Shown here piece by piece: positions 11,930 to 23,090 of a stretch of 64,000 nt of DNA. This DNA comes from Macrostomum lignano (lineage: Eukaryota). The notes below the pieces were generated by a model. It saw nothing but the letters and a program-made list of their open reading frames with translations, was not told the origin of the DNA and did not search any database. The stretch's first letter is position 1, and each line of letters begins with the position of its first letter. The position numbers were made by a program, and so were the translations under genes. The stretch covers positions 186,001-250,000 of the forward strand of contig NIVC01001376.1 in the NCBI GenBank assembly GCA_002269645.1, written 5' to 3'.

Positions 11930-13440
11930 TTAAGACTTGGCCGCTCTGAGATCAGTGAAGAAGACAGCGATGAAATTGTTGGTGAGAATGAGGCTTGGAG
12001 GATTTTGTAAATGAGGAAGCGGACGAACGAGCAGGGGCGCAGTTCCCAGAGTTTCTTGGAATTCTTCGTCTGACAATAGAGAACTGAGTTGCGGTCGCTG
12101 AGGTGCTGGACTTATTTGCAAAGTTTTTCACTGAGGACATGATATCGCGATTACTCAGCAGATTACTCAGCCATCGCCTCCGGGTCTGTCGGGCTGGAAA
12201 AACCGCTCAGAAAGTGAAATAAAAAAGACAGCAGCCATAATTTTCTACATGGAAATCGTACGCAAGCTCGAAATCCAAATTAAACTACTGGACAACCAGT
12301 AATTTCCAGTAATTGCCAGCTGTTTCAAAGCGAGACCTGTCTGTTGCGAAACAGATTATAACAGATGATCTCGTTTTTGAGGTTCTACGATTGCGGCAAC
12401 GCCGACGCCACTGACCGGTTGCACAAAATTCGGCCTTTTGTGCAACCAGCTTTCGTCAAGCTTTCGTCAGAGAAAAACTTTATGCCAGACAGGGACATTG
12501 CGGTTGATGAGGAGCTAGTGCAGCATAAGGTTGGACTGGCTTTTAAGCAGTACATGCATGTATATCCCGACCAAGCGTGTCACCAGGTACGGCATTAAGA
12601 CCTACTGCCTCTACGACTCGAAAACCGGTTGTCTGTGAACGTTTTAGTCCACTCCACTGCACGCTGAAGAAAACAATATGTTCGACTCAGACTCTGAAGG
12701 CTATGCTCTATCGATCAGTGAGCGCATTGTTGCTGAGCTTTCCAAAGGCCTCCTAAATGTAGGCCATAGGATAGTCGTGGATAGCTACTTCTGCTTCCAT
12801 CGCCTTGCCAAGTTCCTCCTTGAACTATAAGCACGATCTGTTGACCGGCACCATTCGCTGCTACCGAGGCATCCCACCGGAGCTCATCCAGATGCCAAGG
12901 TCGGCACCATCGCATTGCTGCATGCAAAGCGGTGATGTCCTGGGTGTCAAAAGGTGTCAGAGAGGAAGGCAAGCGGTGTAAAAACGCTGTACCTGTTGAC
13001 ACTTTCGGTACTGCGATGAGCGGATCATGAGTGAGTAGAGATGATCCGCAAGCCATGGAGCATCTGGACCAGGTAAAGCAGTTCATGCAGTTCATGGAGC
13101 AGTTAATTCTGTTCATTCTGAAGTTCATGGAGCAGCTCGTTAAATCTCTGATGGACAGCTCTGGACCAGGTAAAAGCGGTGCATTCGTTCTGTGCATGCA
13201 GGGACCATGCAGGCCTGCGCACCCACACCTGCCCAGCAAGCTGCCTGCGACGCCTGACAACCAGCGTCTCGCCCGTCGCTGCCAGAGTATGCTATCGAAA
13301 TGCACAGGTTTCCAGCGGACGACGAAATCGCATGTTGTCAAATTCTGGAAATCGACTTGGACATCGGAGCAATTCGCAAGTTGGGATTCCCAATGTGCAG
13401 TGTGCATTTTAGTGAAAATTATTACAGCTGTCCTTCAAGA
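11930..13440 (+). pseudogene. Decayed piggyBac-like (PGBD4-type) transposase
   Basis: Fragments LFAKFFTEDMI, DRLHKIRP, RDIAVDEELV..K..LAFKQY, GIKTYCL, GHRIVVDSYF, LTGTIR and a C-terminal H.P...RRC; many frameshifts and stops. No TTAA-bounded TIR pair could be identified. Confidence 0.85.
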
Positions 13441-14612
13441 CCATTGAGGGCACATCAAGATCATTAGCAGGCTAAACTGACGTTTGCACACTAATGTAAC
13501 TCAAGAACGTAGCTTTATTTTCTTTCTTGGCAAATATAATTTCACAGTATCTAATGACAACATTTTCCCGTTTTTATGTCCTATTTAATTGTTTCACCTG
13601 CAATACCCAAATTATTGCTTAAACGTTTGCTAATTAATAAAAATAATTATCACTCAGTATACGTTCTACCAGTAGCATTGTCATTAGCTTGCAAAAGTCA
13701 GTCAGGTAAGCTGACTGCTTTGTGATGCCGCTGAAGGGAAACGTGTCGTATATTCATGTCGCAAATAGGGACAGCTGCAATCATTAAAAATGCACACTGC
13801 ACACTTGCAATCCCATCTTGCTAACGGCTCCGCGATGTCCAAGTTGATTTCCAGCATTTGCTGCCATTGACTCCATGCCAGTCTGCTGATCGCACGAAGT
13901 TTTGCTGGTGTGATGTCAGTGTGTTTGCTGGGTGAGTCTCAAAACTCGAAAGTGTAAAATCGTTTCTTTATCCGTTCTGCCTCATCCATTTAAACTCATA
14001 ATTGTGGCCAAATGTGCAAATATGCAAACTTGAACAAATGTTGCCTGGATGCTGTGCATCAAATTTAATGAAACGGTCGTGACTTGAAAGAAACAATACG
14101 GAAGGCAACAATGCAGACCGGGTTAGTTAAGTATGATTAAAGCAGACAAGTACTCGCAGTACACAAAGTGTAAAACAACAAAAGAGTATACAGAGTCCAA
14201 GCAAGGGAAGGCAGGTGGAAAGACAACAGAACTTTGCTTAGAAAGTAGTGTATTAGCTACTTGAACGTTTTGGGCTTCTTTGTAGCAGATTTCAGGTTGA
14301 TATCGGGGTCAGCTAGAATTAGGAGCGACTGTTTGGCAGGGGGGGGGGTTCACTAGGCGGAAACTAACATGGTAACATTAAACTGAATTACCGTCAATAT
14401 ATAAAGGCGATATCGCCAGGGAGAGACGATCGATAAATGGGTGTGCTCAAGCGCTTAAAACAGTACACATGGCCAGTACAATAAAACGAGTCTGAGAAAT
14501 GCGGAGGGGTGGCTAAAACTGTACAAGTGGGCCTAAACGACCTTTAAGTGTAGGCGAACAATTGTAAAATAAGAGGCGAAAAAATAGATAAGGCAAAAAA
14601 GTTAGTAAAAGC

Positions 14613-15195
14613 TCAGAGCAAAAGGTTCAGGTGCACCGTCAGGCGCCGATCGATGATCCTTCGGTCCAGCAGCGATCGGAGGACGCCGTGGATCATCTGG
14701 GCTGTGAAGCAGCTGGTCGGTGCGCTTAGAGGCCAATAAAACAGCGCGTCTTTATAGCCGCCGCAGGCATTCACAGACATAGCCAGAATGACCAGCTGGC
14801 TGCCCTTGTCGGCCGGTTTGATGACAATGGACCTGTCCGACCGTAGGTCGCGCAGGGCCCTCGCCTCCGCCTCGCTGATATTTGAAGCGTTCCTACAGTC
14901 TTTAACCCCGTCTCTGATGTCGTCCAGCTCTTGTAACATCGCTTGAGTTTCGGGCCTTAGGCGCTTCGGGTCGATGCTGGTCGTTGGGCGGTAGGGGACA
15001 GGCGGCCCGTCATCCACCAATCAGTTGACGCCTGAAGCGCCGAACCGCTGAGACCGCTAGCCGCTGGCCAAAGTCACTGATGCCAGAGGCCAAGGACTCC
15101 GCTGGGGTGTACCGAGGGGCCACCACGAAGGACTGACCGCGCTCCAACAGCCTCTGCTTGTCCGGTGTCAGGGCGCGGCGAGACAGGTTTGTCAC
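14613..15195 (-). pseudogene. PLE reverse transcriptase N-terminal fragment
   Basis: NLSxxxLT...LLxRGxSF and IKPADKG motifs typical of PLE RT; frameshift near 15015. Confidence 0.78.
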
Positions 15196-15229
15196 CCTCT
15201 GTTTGGGGGGGGGGGGCCGCTCCCGGCCC

Positions 15230-16662
15230 GCTTAGTTTTTTTGCAAGATCGCTCGCTGTCTCCAGGATGACAGCGAACGCGTCAGCAACCGACTGCCTGT
15301 CAAGGCTGATGCAGTCGAGTCGGAAGGCCAGCTCGCTGGCGTCCAACGTGATGAGGCTGACCCATCGATGACTGCTCAGCAGCTGGTTGGTCTTGTGGCA
15401 TTTTTTCCTCACCGTTGCCGAGGCGTCCGGGGGCAGACCACCTGCACTGCCCAGATTGTTGCGTTGGGGAAGTCCTTCCTTAGGTTGGTGAAGCTCGCCT
15501 TCCTGAGCCTGGCGATGGAAAGGTCGAAGCTCTGGCGGTGGAGGTCATTGTAGCCGGCCCAAATGATGATGCGGCTCGTGGCGGGGCTCTCGTTCTCGAC
15601 TCTGCAGATATTTTTGAGATAGTCCAGTGTGAGGCCGGGAAAGCAGTGCACATCCAAGTCCCGAGAGGCGGGTTTCACGAACTCCACGTTTTGGTCCGCG
15701 ATCACCAGGGTGGGCGTCTGCCTCGATCTCAGGTGCCGGTTCTTCTTTGAGCCATCGTGGAAGATGACTTTGGGAATTCTCAGATTCTCAGGGAAGTTCC
15801 TGGCGGATTTTGGTGGCTGCTCCAGGCTCGTCGACTCTAGGGACCCCGATGCGGGTCGCTTTCTGGTGGTGGCTGGGGCTCTGCGGTCAGTGACCTCAGC
15901 AGTGACCGTCTCTGTAGCACCAACAGAATCGGTCATGGGGAGGGACACCTCCCTGCTCACTGGAGTCGCGGCCGCCGACAGGGCCGTCGACGAGGCGCCG
16001 ATGAAGCCGCCGGCGCAGTCGCCGACGAGGCCGCCGATGAAGCCGCCGGCGCAGTCGCCGACGAGGCCGCCGATGAAGCCGCCGGCGCAGTCGCCGACGA
16101 GGCCGCCGATGAAGCCGCCGGCGCAGTCGCCGACGAGGCCGCCGATGAAGCCGCCGGCGCAGTCGCCGACGAGGCCGCCGATGAAGCCGCCGGCGCAGTC
16201 GCCGACGAGGCCGCCGATGAAGCCGCCGGCGCAGTCGCCGACGAGGCCGCCGATGAAGCCGCCGGCGCAGTCGCCGACGAGGCCGCCGATGAAGCCGCCG
16301 ACGCGTTAGCTCCAGTCGATGCCTCTTCGATGATGGAAGCCAACAAACCAGACGTAGGCGGGGCAGCGGTCGACGCTTGGGAATGCGGTGTGGGCATGGA
16401 GCTGCGTAGCCGGTTCACTCAGACAGTCAGCCAGTGCCTTGAACCCGCGGGTGTACAGGTGCTCCATCACACCGTCAACGATGTGGGGGCTCCATGTTCT
16501 GCCAATCTTGTTAGCGGCCCACCGGATGCCCACAAGCCAGCCGGTTCTGAATTCCTCCACCGGGCGGGAGATAGTCGAAGCTGCTCCAACTTCTTGGCCA
16601 CCGCCGCTGCGAACTGGGTGCCGTAATGCGTCTTCATGTCCGCCGTTGTGTGCACCAGCCAC
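15230..16662 (-). pseudogene. PLE ORF1 with SGNH-hydrolase-like domain (frameshifted)
   Basis: Joins ORFs 16306-16662, 15957-16418, 15409-15960 and 15074-15412. A 1-bp deletion is visible in the last repeat unit (~15996). SGNH blocks I, II, III and V appear as ADQ, FPG, GYND and DCIS. Confidence 0.6.
15985..16305. repeat. 36-bp tandem repeat (GCCGCCGATGAAGCCGCCGGCGCAGTCGCCGACGAG), about 9 near-identical copies, encoding ASSAASSATAPA on the minus strand
   Basis: Read directly. Confidence 0.95.
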
Positions 16663-16709
16663 TGTAGGGCGATTTGATTCAAAGCGCTGGTGCCAGAGAA
16701 TGTTGCATG

Positions 16710-16730
16710 AGAATGAGAAAGAGAGAGAGT

Positions 16731-16790
<60 letters not shown>

Positions 16791-16800
16791 GAGAAGAGAG
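16710..16800. repeat. (GA)n microsatellite at the junction of the two PLEs
   Basis: Read directly. Confidence 0.95.
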
Positions 16801-16811
16801 GTCACGGAGTG

Positions 16812-17225
16812 TTAAAATATTTTGTTAGAAAATAGGCTTGTTGTTATTAAGAACTTGTTCAATAGCAATGGTAACCAAGTTTGCAATCGAGTGATTGGGG
16901 TGAGAAAGTGCGCTGACCCCGAAGTAACGATTCTCCTGTTAATATTTGACCTGTGCTGGTTCATTCTATCTCTCATGGTTCTTCTTGTCATCCCTACATA
17001 GAGGATTTTCCCAGGGTGGCACTGGTTACAGGAGATGCCATAGATGATGCTCTTGGAGCCACAGGACAGGCTCTGAGAGATTAAAAAACCGGAAGCCGGT
17101 TTCAGTCTCTGGGAGGAGAGAGCAGGCGGTGAGTGGGTGCAGCATTTGCACCGGGATGACCCACAGAGATGGAACCCTTTGGGAAGCAGACCCAGATTGG
17201 TCGTTGGTCCTGCAGTCCAGTTCAT
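16812..17225 (-). pseudogene. PLE GIY-YIG endonuclease with Cys-rich linker; extreme C-terminus missing
   Basis: IYGISC..C...YVGMT.R..R.RM.QH...HF motif. Confidence 0.88.
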
Positions 17226-18740
17226 AAGTTTGAGGACCTCCTTTTTTGCAGTTTCTTAAGAAAAATATTCGAATAGCCTAACTGCTTGAGTTCCGATTTC
17301 AACGAATTGAAAGAATCGGTGAAAGACTTGTAGTCATCACAGATACGGGCGTACCGAATGACTTGGGATTTTACTACCCCCTTTAATGTGTGTGACGGAT
17401 GGAAGGACTGTCGGTGCAACAATCTATTGAGTGTCTGTTTCTTTCGAGAACAGTTGTGTTGTGAAGCGGTTATCAGCTTTCTTGATGGTCATGTCAAGGA
17501 AACTGACCTCAGTTGATGAGGAGCTGACGGTGAGTTTAATGTTTGGGTTGATGAAGTTCAGGTGTCGAACAAATTCTGTCAGAGCTTCAGCCGGGTGGTC
17601 CCAGTGAATGAAGATATCATCTATGTACCTAAAATAGATGTTCGGCTTATAAAGAGCAATTCTCAAGGCAGTTTCCTCCCAGAGGCTCATGAAGAGACAG
17701 GCATAGCTGGGCGCAAAGATGCGCCCCATGGCTGTACCTCTAAGTTGTAGGAAGATCATTTTGTCAAATTCAAAGTCATTCGTGTACAAACAAAGTTCTA
17801 TTAGCTTTATTATCTTAGCATCCGGTCTAATGGGATCCGGGTATCGGTTAAAGAATTCCTGGATCGCTGCAATGCCCTGGTCTATAGGGATCATGGAGTA
17901 TAGACTCGACATCACAGGTTGCCAGAGTCGAACCTTACGTGCAGCATTTATCCATAAGGTGTGCCTTGAAGTCATAGGAGTCCTTAATGAAAGTGGGTTG
18001 CGCTTGGGCAATTGGTTTAAGAAAGAAGTCTATGTACTTTTCTGCCCCAATTGCTTCAGAACTACATCCACTAACAACAGGTCTGCCTGCTGGGACCCGT
18101 AAGGAATCAGCCAGGTGGCCGGGTCCTTGTGAATTTTTGGGAGCAGGTAGAAATGCCGGGGACCGAAGTTCTCTCCGGGACAAAGAAAAGAAAACTGTTT
18201 CTTCGATATGAACTTTCTGTCACTTAAATCCAGGAAGATCCCCTGATAATTTCTGGAGTCTCAGGTTGCAGTAGCTGGTCCAGCTGTTGATAGGCATTGG
18301 TGTCCAGCAATTGGTTGTAGGCTGCAAATTCGTAAATTCGGTGCATGATGACCACTGCGTTGCCTTTGTCCGCCTTTTTATAAGGACGGAGCTGTTTCGC
18401 TTGAGCCCCTGAATCGCTCTGGTCTATGGTGCCTCTAGGTTGCCTTTGATCTGTACCGTTGTCAAATTCTCTACCAGTTTTTGGTTCTCAAGTACCAACA
18501 AGTTGCACTCATCCCTTCTAAGTCTGAGGGGAACCTCCTTCACTGATTTCCCGGTGAGGGGGGCGGGCTGGTATTGGCGAGACCCCTCTTTTTGAAAAAG
18601 TCTTTCCAGAAAGGTCTACGATGAAATTCTGTCATGCTGTTCCTCAGATCATCGAAATCAAGGGCTTGGGTTGGGATAAAATTGAGTCTTCTAGCAGCCT
18701 CGTCTCAGACTCGGAGAGTTTGAAGGTGGGGGTGTAGATT
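17222..18740 (-). pseudogene. PLE reverse transcriptase (frameshifted)
   Basis: ORFs 17424-18011, 17935-18183 (IVSG-like/YIDFFLKP..FIKDS) and 17222-17422, plus N-terminal LNFIPT and ADKG-like remnants. Confidence 0.9.
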
Positions 18741-18974
18741 CAAAATGTTGCCTTCCAGTTTAAGAGGCCTACAGTAGTCAGCTAGTTTAAAGTTCTCAGC
18801 CAGGATGCCCGCGCCAGTATAAAGTCAGGCGCTGAGAAGAATACAATTGGTTTAAGAGGAGGGGATGCAATAAGAGTAACAGGTGAGAGTTTCTTACTCA
18901 GAATTTGAGTCAATTCTTCATTGCTGGCAAAGGTCGGAACCAGAAGGATCTTACGTGTCAGACTGTCCGCTCTC

Positions 18975-18976
<2 letters not shown>

Positions 18977-19045
<69 letters not shown>

Positions 19046-19119
19046 AGAGTGAGAGAGAGGGAGAGAAAGAGAGAAAGAGAAAGAGAGAGAAAGAGGGAGA
19101 GAGGAGAGAGAGAGAGGTT

Positions 19120-19150
<31 letters not shown>

Positions 19151-19195
19151 GGAGAGAGGGAGAGAGGGAGAGAGAGAGGTTGAGAGAGAGAGAGA

Positions 19196-19263
<68 letters not shown>

Positions 19264-19270
19264 GAGAGAG
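18977..19270. repeat. (GA)n microsatellite on the 5' side of PLE A
   Basis: Read directly. Confidence 0.95.
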
Positions 19271-19774
19271 AATTCTTTGACAGACGGTTAGAAACGGAAA
19301 GGCTTGGTTTTGGAAAGGCTTGGAAGTAGACAACAAAAGAAATGAACTTATCTTAGCAGAAAAGCAAAAGTTAGGCAGGCAAATTGGTTTAAAAAAATAG
19401 CTTGTCAACAAAGCTTGCTCTCAATGTCTGCCTAAATTTAAGCTTTTTGACAATCTTGGGCTTTTTGAGTAAATTCTTTACAGCTGACAGGAATAGCTAG
19501 GATAGAAAAGGTGGAAGGCAAGGGGCCTTAAATACTCGTAGTTGTGGCAGAAAAGTTTAGAAAATATTCTGAACTAGCCATCTGCATCAGTGAGCATTGC
19601 CGCTTTCATTAAAAATATATACCGCTCTTGTCTGTTAGTTTGCAGCTTCAAAATCAAAATTACGTTTTGTTTTTTAAAAAATATATTGTGTTGTTGCCAG
19701 AAAAGGTACAGAAGGAAAATATATGGGGTGGGGCAACAAAGATCATATTGAAAAGGCAAGATACATGTAGATCA

Positions 19775-21260
19775 TGTGGAGAGGGCAAGATAGATCATAG
19801 AGAGGGCAAGAGAGATCATAGAGAGGGGCAAGAGAGATCATAGAGAGGGGCAAGAGACTTCATAGAGAGGGGCAAGAGAGATCATAGAGAGGGCCAAGAT
19901 AGATCATAGAGAGGGCCAAGAGAGATCATAGAGAGGGGCAAGATACTTCATAGAGAGGGGCAAGAGAGATCATAGAGAGGGGCAAGAGAGATCATAGAGA
20001 GGGCCAAGATAGATCATAGAGAGGGCCAAGAGAGATCATAGAGAGGGGCAAGAGACTTCATAGAGAGGGGCAAGAGAGATCATAGAGAGGGGCAAGATAG
20101 ATCATAGAGATGGGCAAGAGAGATCATAGAGAGGGCAAGATAGATCATAGAGAGGGCAAGATAGATCATAGAGAGGGCAAGATAGATCATAGAGAGGGCA
20201 AGATAGATCATGGAGAGGGCAAGATAGATAGAGAGGGGCAAGACTCCGTAGGGATTGCAATCCCGGGATCCCGGGATTTCCAGTCCCAGGATTTGGGGTC
20301 CCTATTCCGGGACTAATTTTTGTTATTATTTTTACAAAAAGTGTTGAAATATGAACATACGAGTAATTAGGCACCAGAACTAGTTTATTATACTGCGCTA
20401 ATTTCCGTTACTTGCCTCACGTCGCGTGGCACCTCTGTAAACCCCGCATCACAGATTTAAATGTGAAATTTATTCCAATGTAAATTTTGATATTTGATTT
20501 GCTTCTTTACTACTAACTAGTACTTTTGTAACTACTTACTTAAATACGTCACAAGATAATGCTGTTTTTATCTACAAATAGATCATTAACCCTATAGCAA
20601 TAAAAAATGGAAGCAAAAACGTTTAGCGCATATTTTGCCTTAAAATTTCAACCCAGAACGGCCAGAAGCTTAAAAATCTGTATTTTTCTGATCCCGGGAT
20701 TGGCCTAATTCCGGGTAAATCCCGGGATCTCGGGATCGCAAAAACGAGATTTTGCAATCCATAGGCAAGAGAGATCATAGAGAGGGGCAAGAGAGATCAT
20801 AGAGAGGGGCAAGAGAGATCATAGAGATGGGCAAGAGAGATCATAGAGAGGGGCAAGAGAGATCATAGAGAGGGGCAAGAGAGATCATAGAGAGGGGCAA
20901 GAGAGATCATAGAGAGGGGCAAGAGAGATCATAGAGAGGGGCAAGAGACTTCATAGAGAGGGGCAAGAGAGATCATAGAGAGGGCCAAGATAGATCATAG
21001 AGAGGGCCAAGAGAGATCATAGAGAGGGGCAAGAGACTTCATAGAGAGGGGCAAGAGAGATCATAGAGAGGGGCAAGAGACTTCATAGAGAGGGGCAAGA
21101 GAGATCATAGAGAGGGCCAAGAGAGATCATAGAGAGGGGCAAGAGAGATCATAGAGATGGGCAAGAGAGATCATAGAGAGGGGCAAGAGAGATCATAGAG
21201 AGGGCCAAGAGAGATCATAGAGAGCGGCAAGACTAAGAGAGAATAGAGATCATAGAGAGA
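19775..21260. repeat. 21/22-bp satellite (GGGCAAGAGAGATCATAGAGAG[G]) split by a MITE
   Basis: Read directly on both sides of 20249-20763. Confidence 0.95.
20249..20763. mobile_element. hAT-like MITE inserted in the satellite
   Basis: TIR TAGGGATTGCAA / TTGCAATCCATA (11 of 12 match); subterminal CCCGGGAT repeats at both ends. TSD cannot be resolved inside the satellite. Confidence 0.78.
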
Positions 21261-22069
21261 AAAAGTGATCATAAATAGAGCACGCAGAAAACTGAGCTAG
21301 TGCAACACGAGGATTCTCATAAATTTTTAAACTCCTTTTAGAATCTGTATTCGATAGCATATTCTAATTTCTAGAATCCAGATTTTTAAGGCAGTAATTA
21401 TAAATCATTAAACAGGTCTATTTTATATATATAAACAAAGCCTTACTAAAGAGAGGTAGTGTCACTAGTTTGGTTAACAGATTGCTATTTAATATAGCAA
21501 GCAGTAGCAAGTTAGCAAGCTTCCCCTGCCCTGAAACAGAGGCTCTGCAAGTCTGCATTAGTCAATCCAATACCAAGTCAAGTCACGTAAAAAAGAAAGA
21601 AGTGTTGACAGTTTACCCAGCTAGCTCAGGTTTGGCTTGTACAGCCTGAATTTCCCCGATCTCTATATCTCTCTCCCTCTCCCTCTGTAGGGTATTTTCG
21701 TCCCAGTGTAAATTGCGTCCCAGCGTATTGTCATTTCTCCAACCCAGCGTAGTGTGATCCCTGCAGTTTATAATATAGTTTCTATACTAGCCATTTAGCC
21801 CCCCTCCGGGTGGCTTCTTAGCAGTTCAGCGCTTGTCTATAAGCAGTTTTGCACAGTCGCTGAGCAAATCTCACTAATCTCCGAGAAGTTCAGCAGTAGC
21901 AAATCTCTAAGCAGTTGTACACCAATTTTTTGAGACTAAAAAGTTCTAAAAAGTTACATTTCTTAATGTTTGAAACTTTGCAATGTCAATTCATTTATAG
22001 TTCTTTTATGCTTATTCGTTATTTTCAAATCCTCATCAGATTAGCGCTATTCTCCCATATTAGCACTAC

Positions 22070-23090
22070 ACCCCCAGATTAGCCCCACTTCCCCCAGATG
22101 AAGTGAAGTGAAGAGATGAAGTGATTCTCACTAATACTCCCCCCATATTAGCCGCACACCCCCAGATTAGCCCCACTTCCCCCAGATTAGCACTACACCC
22201 AGATTAGCACTGCGCCCAGATTAGCACTCAGCCCAGATTAGCACTCAGCCCAGATTAGCACTCAGCCCAGATTAGCACTCAGCCCAGATTAGCACTCAGC
22301 CCAGATTAGCACTCAGCCTAGATTAGCACTCAGCCCAGATTAGCACTCAGCCCAGATTAGCACTCAGCCTAGATTAGCACTCAGCCCAGATTAGCACTCA
22401 GCCTAGATTAGCACTCAGCCCAAATTAGCACTCAGCCCAGATTAGCACTGCGCCCAGATTAGCACTCAGCCCAGATTAGCACTCAGCCCAGATTAGCACT
22501 CAGCCCAGATTAGCACTCAGCCCAGATTAGCACTCAGCCTAGATTAGCACTCAGCCCAGATTAGCACTCAGCCCAGATTAGCACTCAGCCTAGATTAGCA
22601 CTCAGCCCAGATTAGCACTCAGCCTAGATTAGCACACAGCCTAGATTAGCACTCAGCCCAGATTAGCACTCAGCCCAGATTAGCACTCAGCCCAGATTAG
22701 CACTCAGCCTAGATTAGCACTCAGCCCAGATTAGCACTTAGCCTAGATTAGCACTCAGCACAGATTAGCACTCAGCCTAGATTAGCACTCAGCCCAGATT
22801 AGCACTGCGCCCAGATTAGCACTCAGCCCAGATTAGCACTCAGCCCAGATTAGCACTCAGCCTAGATTAGCACTCAGCCCAGATTAGCACTCAGCCCAGA
22901 TTAGCACTCAGCCTAGATTAGCACTCAGCCCAAATTAGCACTCAGCCCAGATTAGCACCGCTCCACAGATTACCGCCGCTTCCCAGATAGTTTCACCTTC
23001 CCAGATTAGCACTACTCCGCAAAAATTTGCATCGCTACTTCCTCCAGATTAGCCCCAATCCCCCAGATTAGCCCCCCCCCACTCCTTTAT
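22070..23090. repeat. 17-bp satellite (CCCAGATTAGCACTCAG)
   Basis: About 45 homogeneous copies at 22195-22970, degenerate flanks. Confidence 0.96.

Larger units (their letters stand above)
14613..16715 (-). mobile_element. GC-rich Penelope-like element B: ORF1 (unknown N-terminus, Ala/Ser repeat, SGNH/GDSL-like domain) plus RT N-terminus; 3' part lost
   Basis: RT N-terminal motifs TNLSRRALTP..QRLLERGQSF and NISEAEARALRDLRSDRSIVIKPADKG. Upstream: LVIADQNV...FPGLTL...IIIWAGYNDL...LRKDFPNATI. Several indels. Confidence 0.78.
16801..18976 (-). mobile_element. Penelope-like element A (Neptune-type RT, Cys-rich linker, GIY-YIG), degenerate
   Basis: RT motifs LYSMIP, FEFD..FLQLRGTAMG..FAPSYACLFM, YFRYIDDIF, VSFLDM, HPSHTLKGVVKSQVIRY. 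Linker CGSSRCKCC. Endonuclease IIYGISCNQC...YVGMTRRTMRDRMNQH. Multiple frameshifts and stops. Confidence 0.92.

Noticed and set aside
11400-14130. TTAA-bounded piggyBac terminal repeats
   Set aside because: GGGTTAGTTAA near 14120 has no convincing partner at the left end.
14250-14295. Possible decayed hammerhead (GCTAC...AAGAAGCC...AAAACGTTC..GTAGC) on the minus strand
   Set aside because: The CUGANGA core and stem II are missing; too degraded to support.
15985-16305. Regular 36-bp and 54-bp repeats (also 34540-35070) as CRISPR arrays
   Set aside because: Head-to-tail with no spacers, in eukaryotic context and in frame within ORFs.
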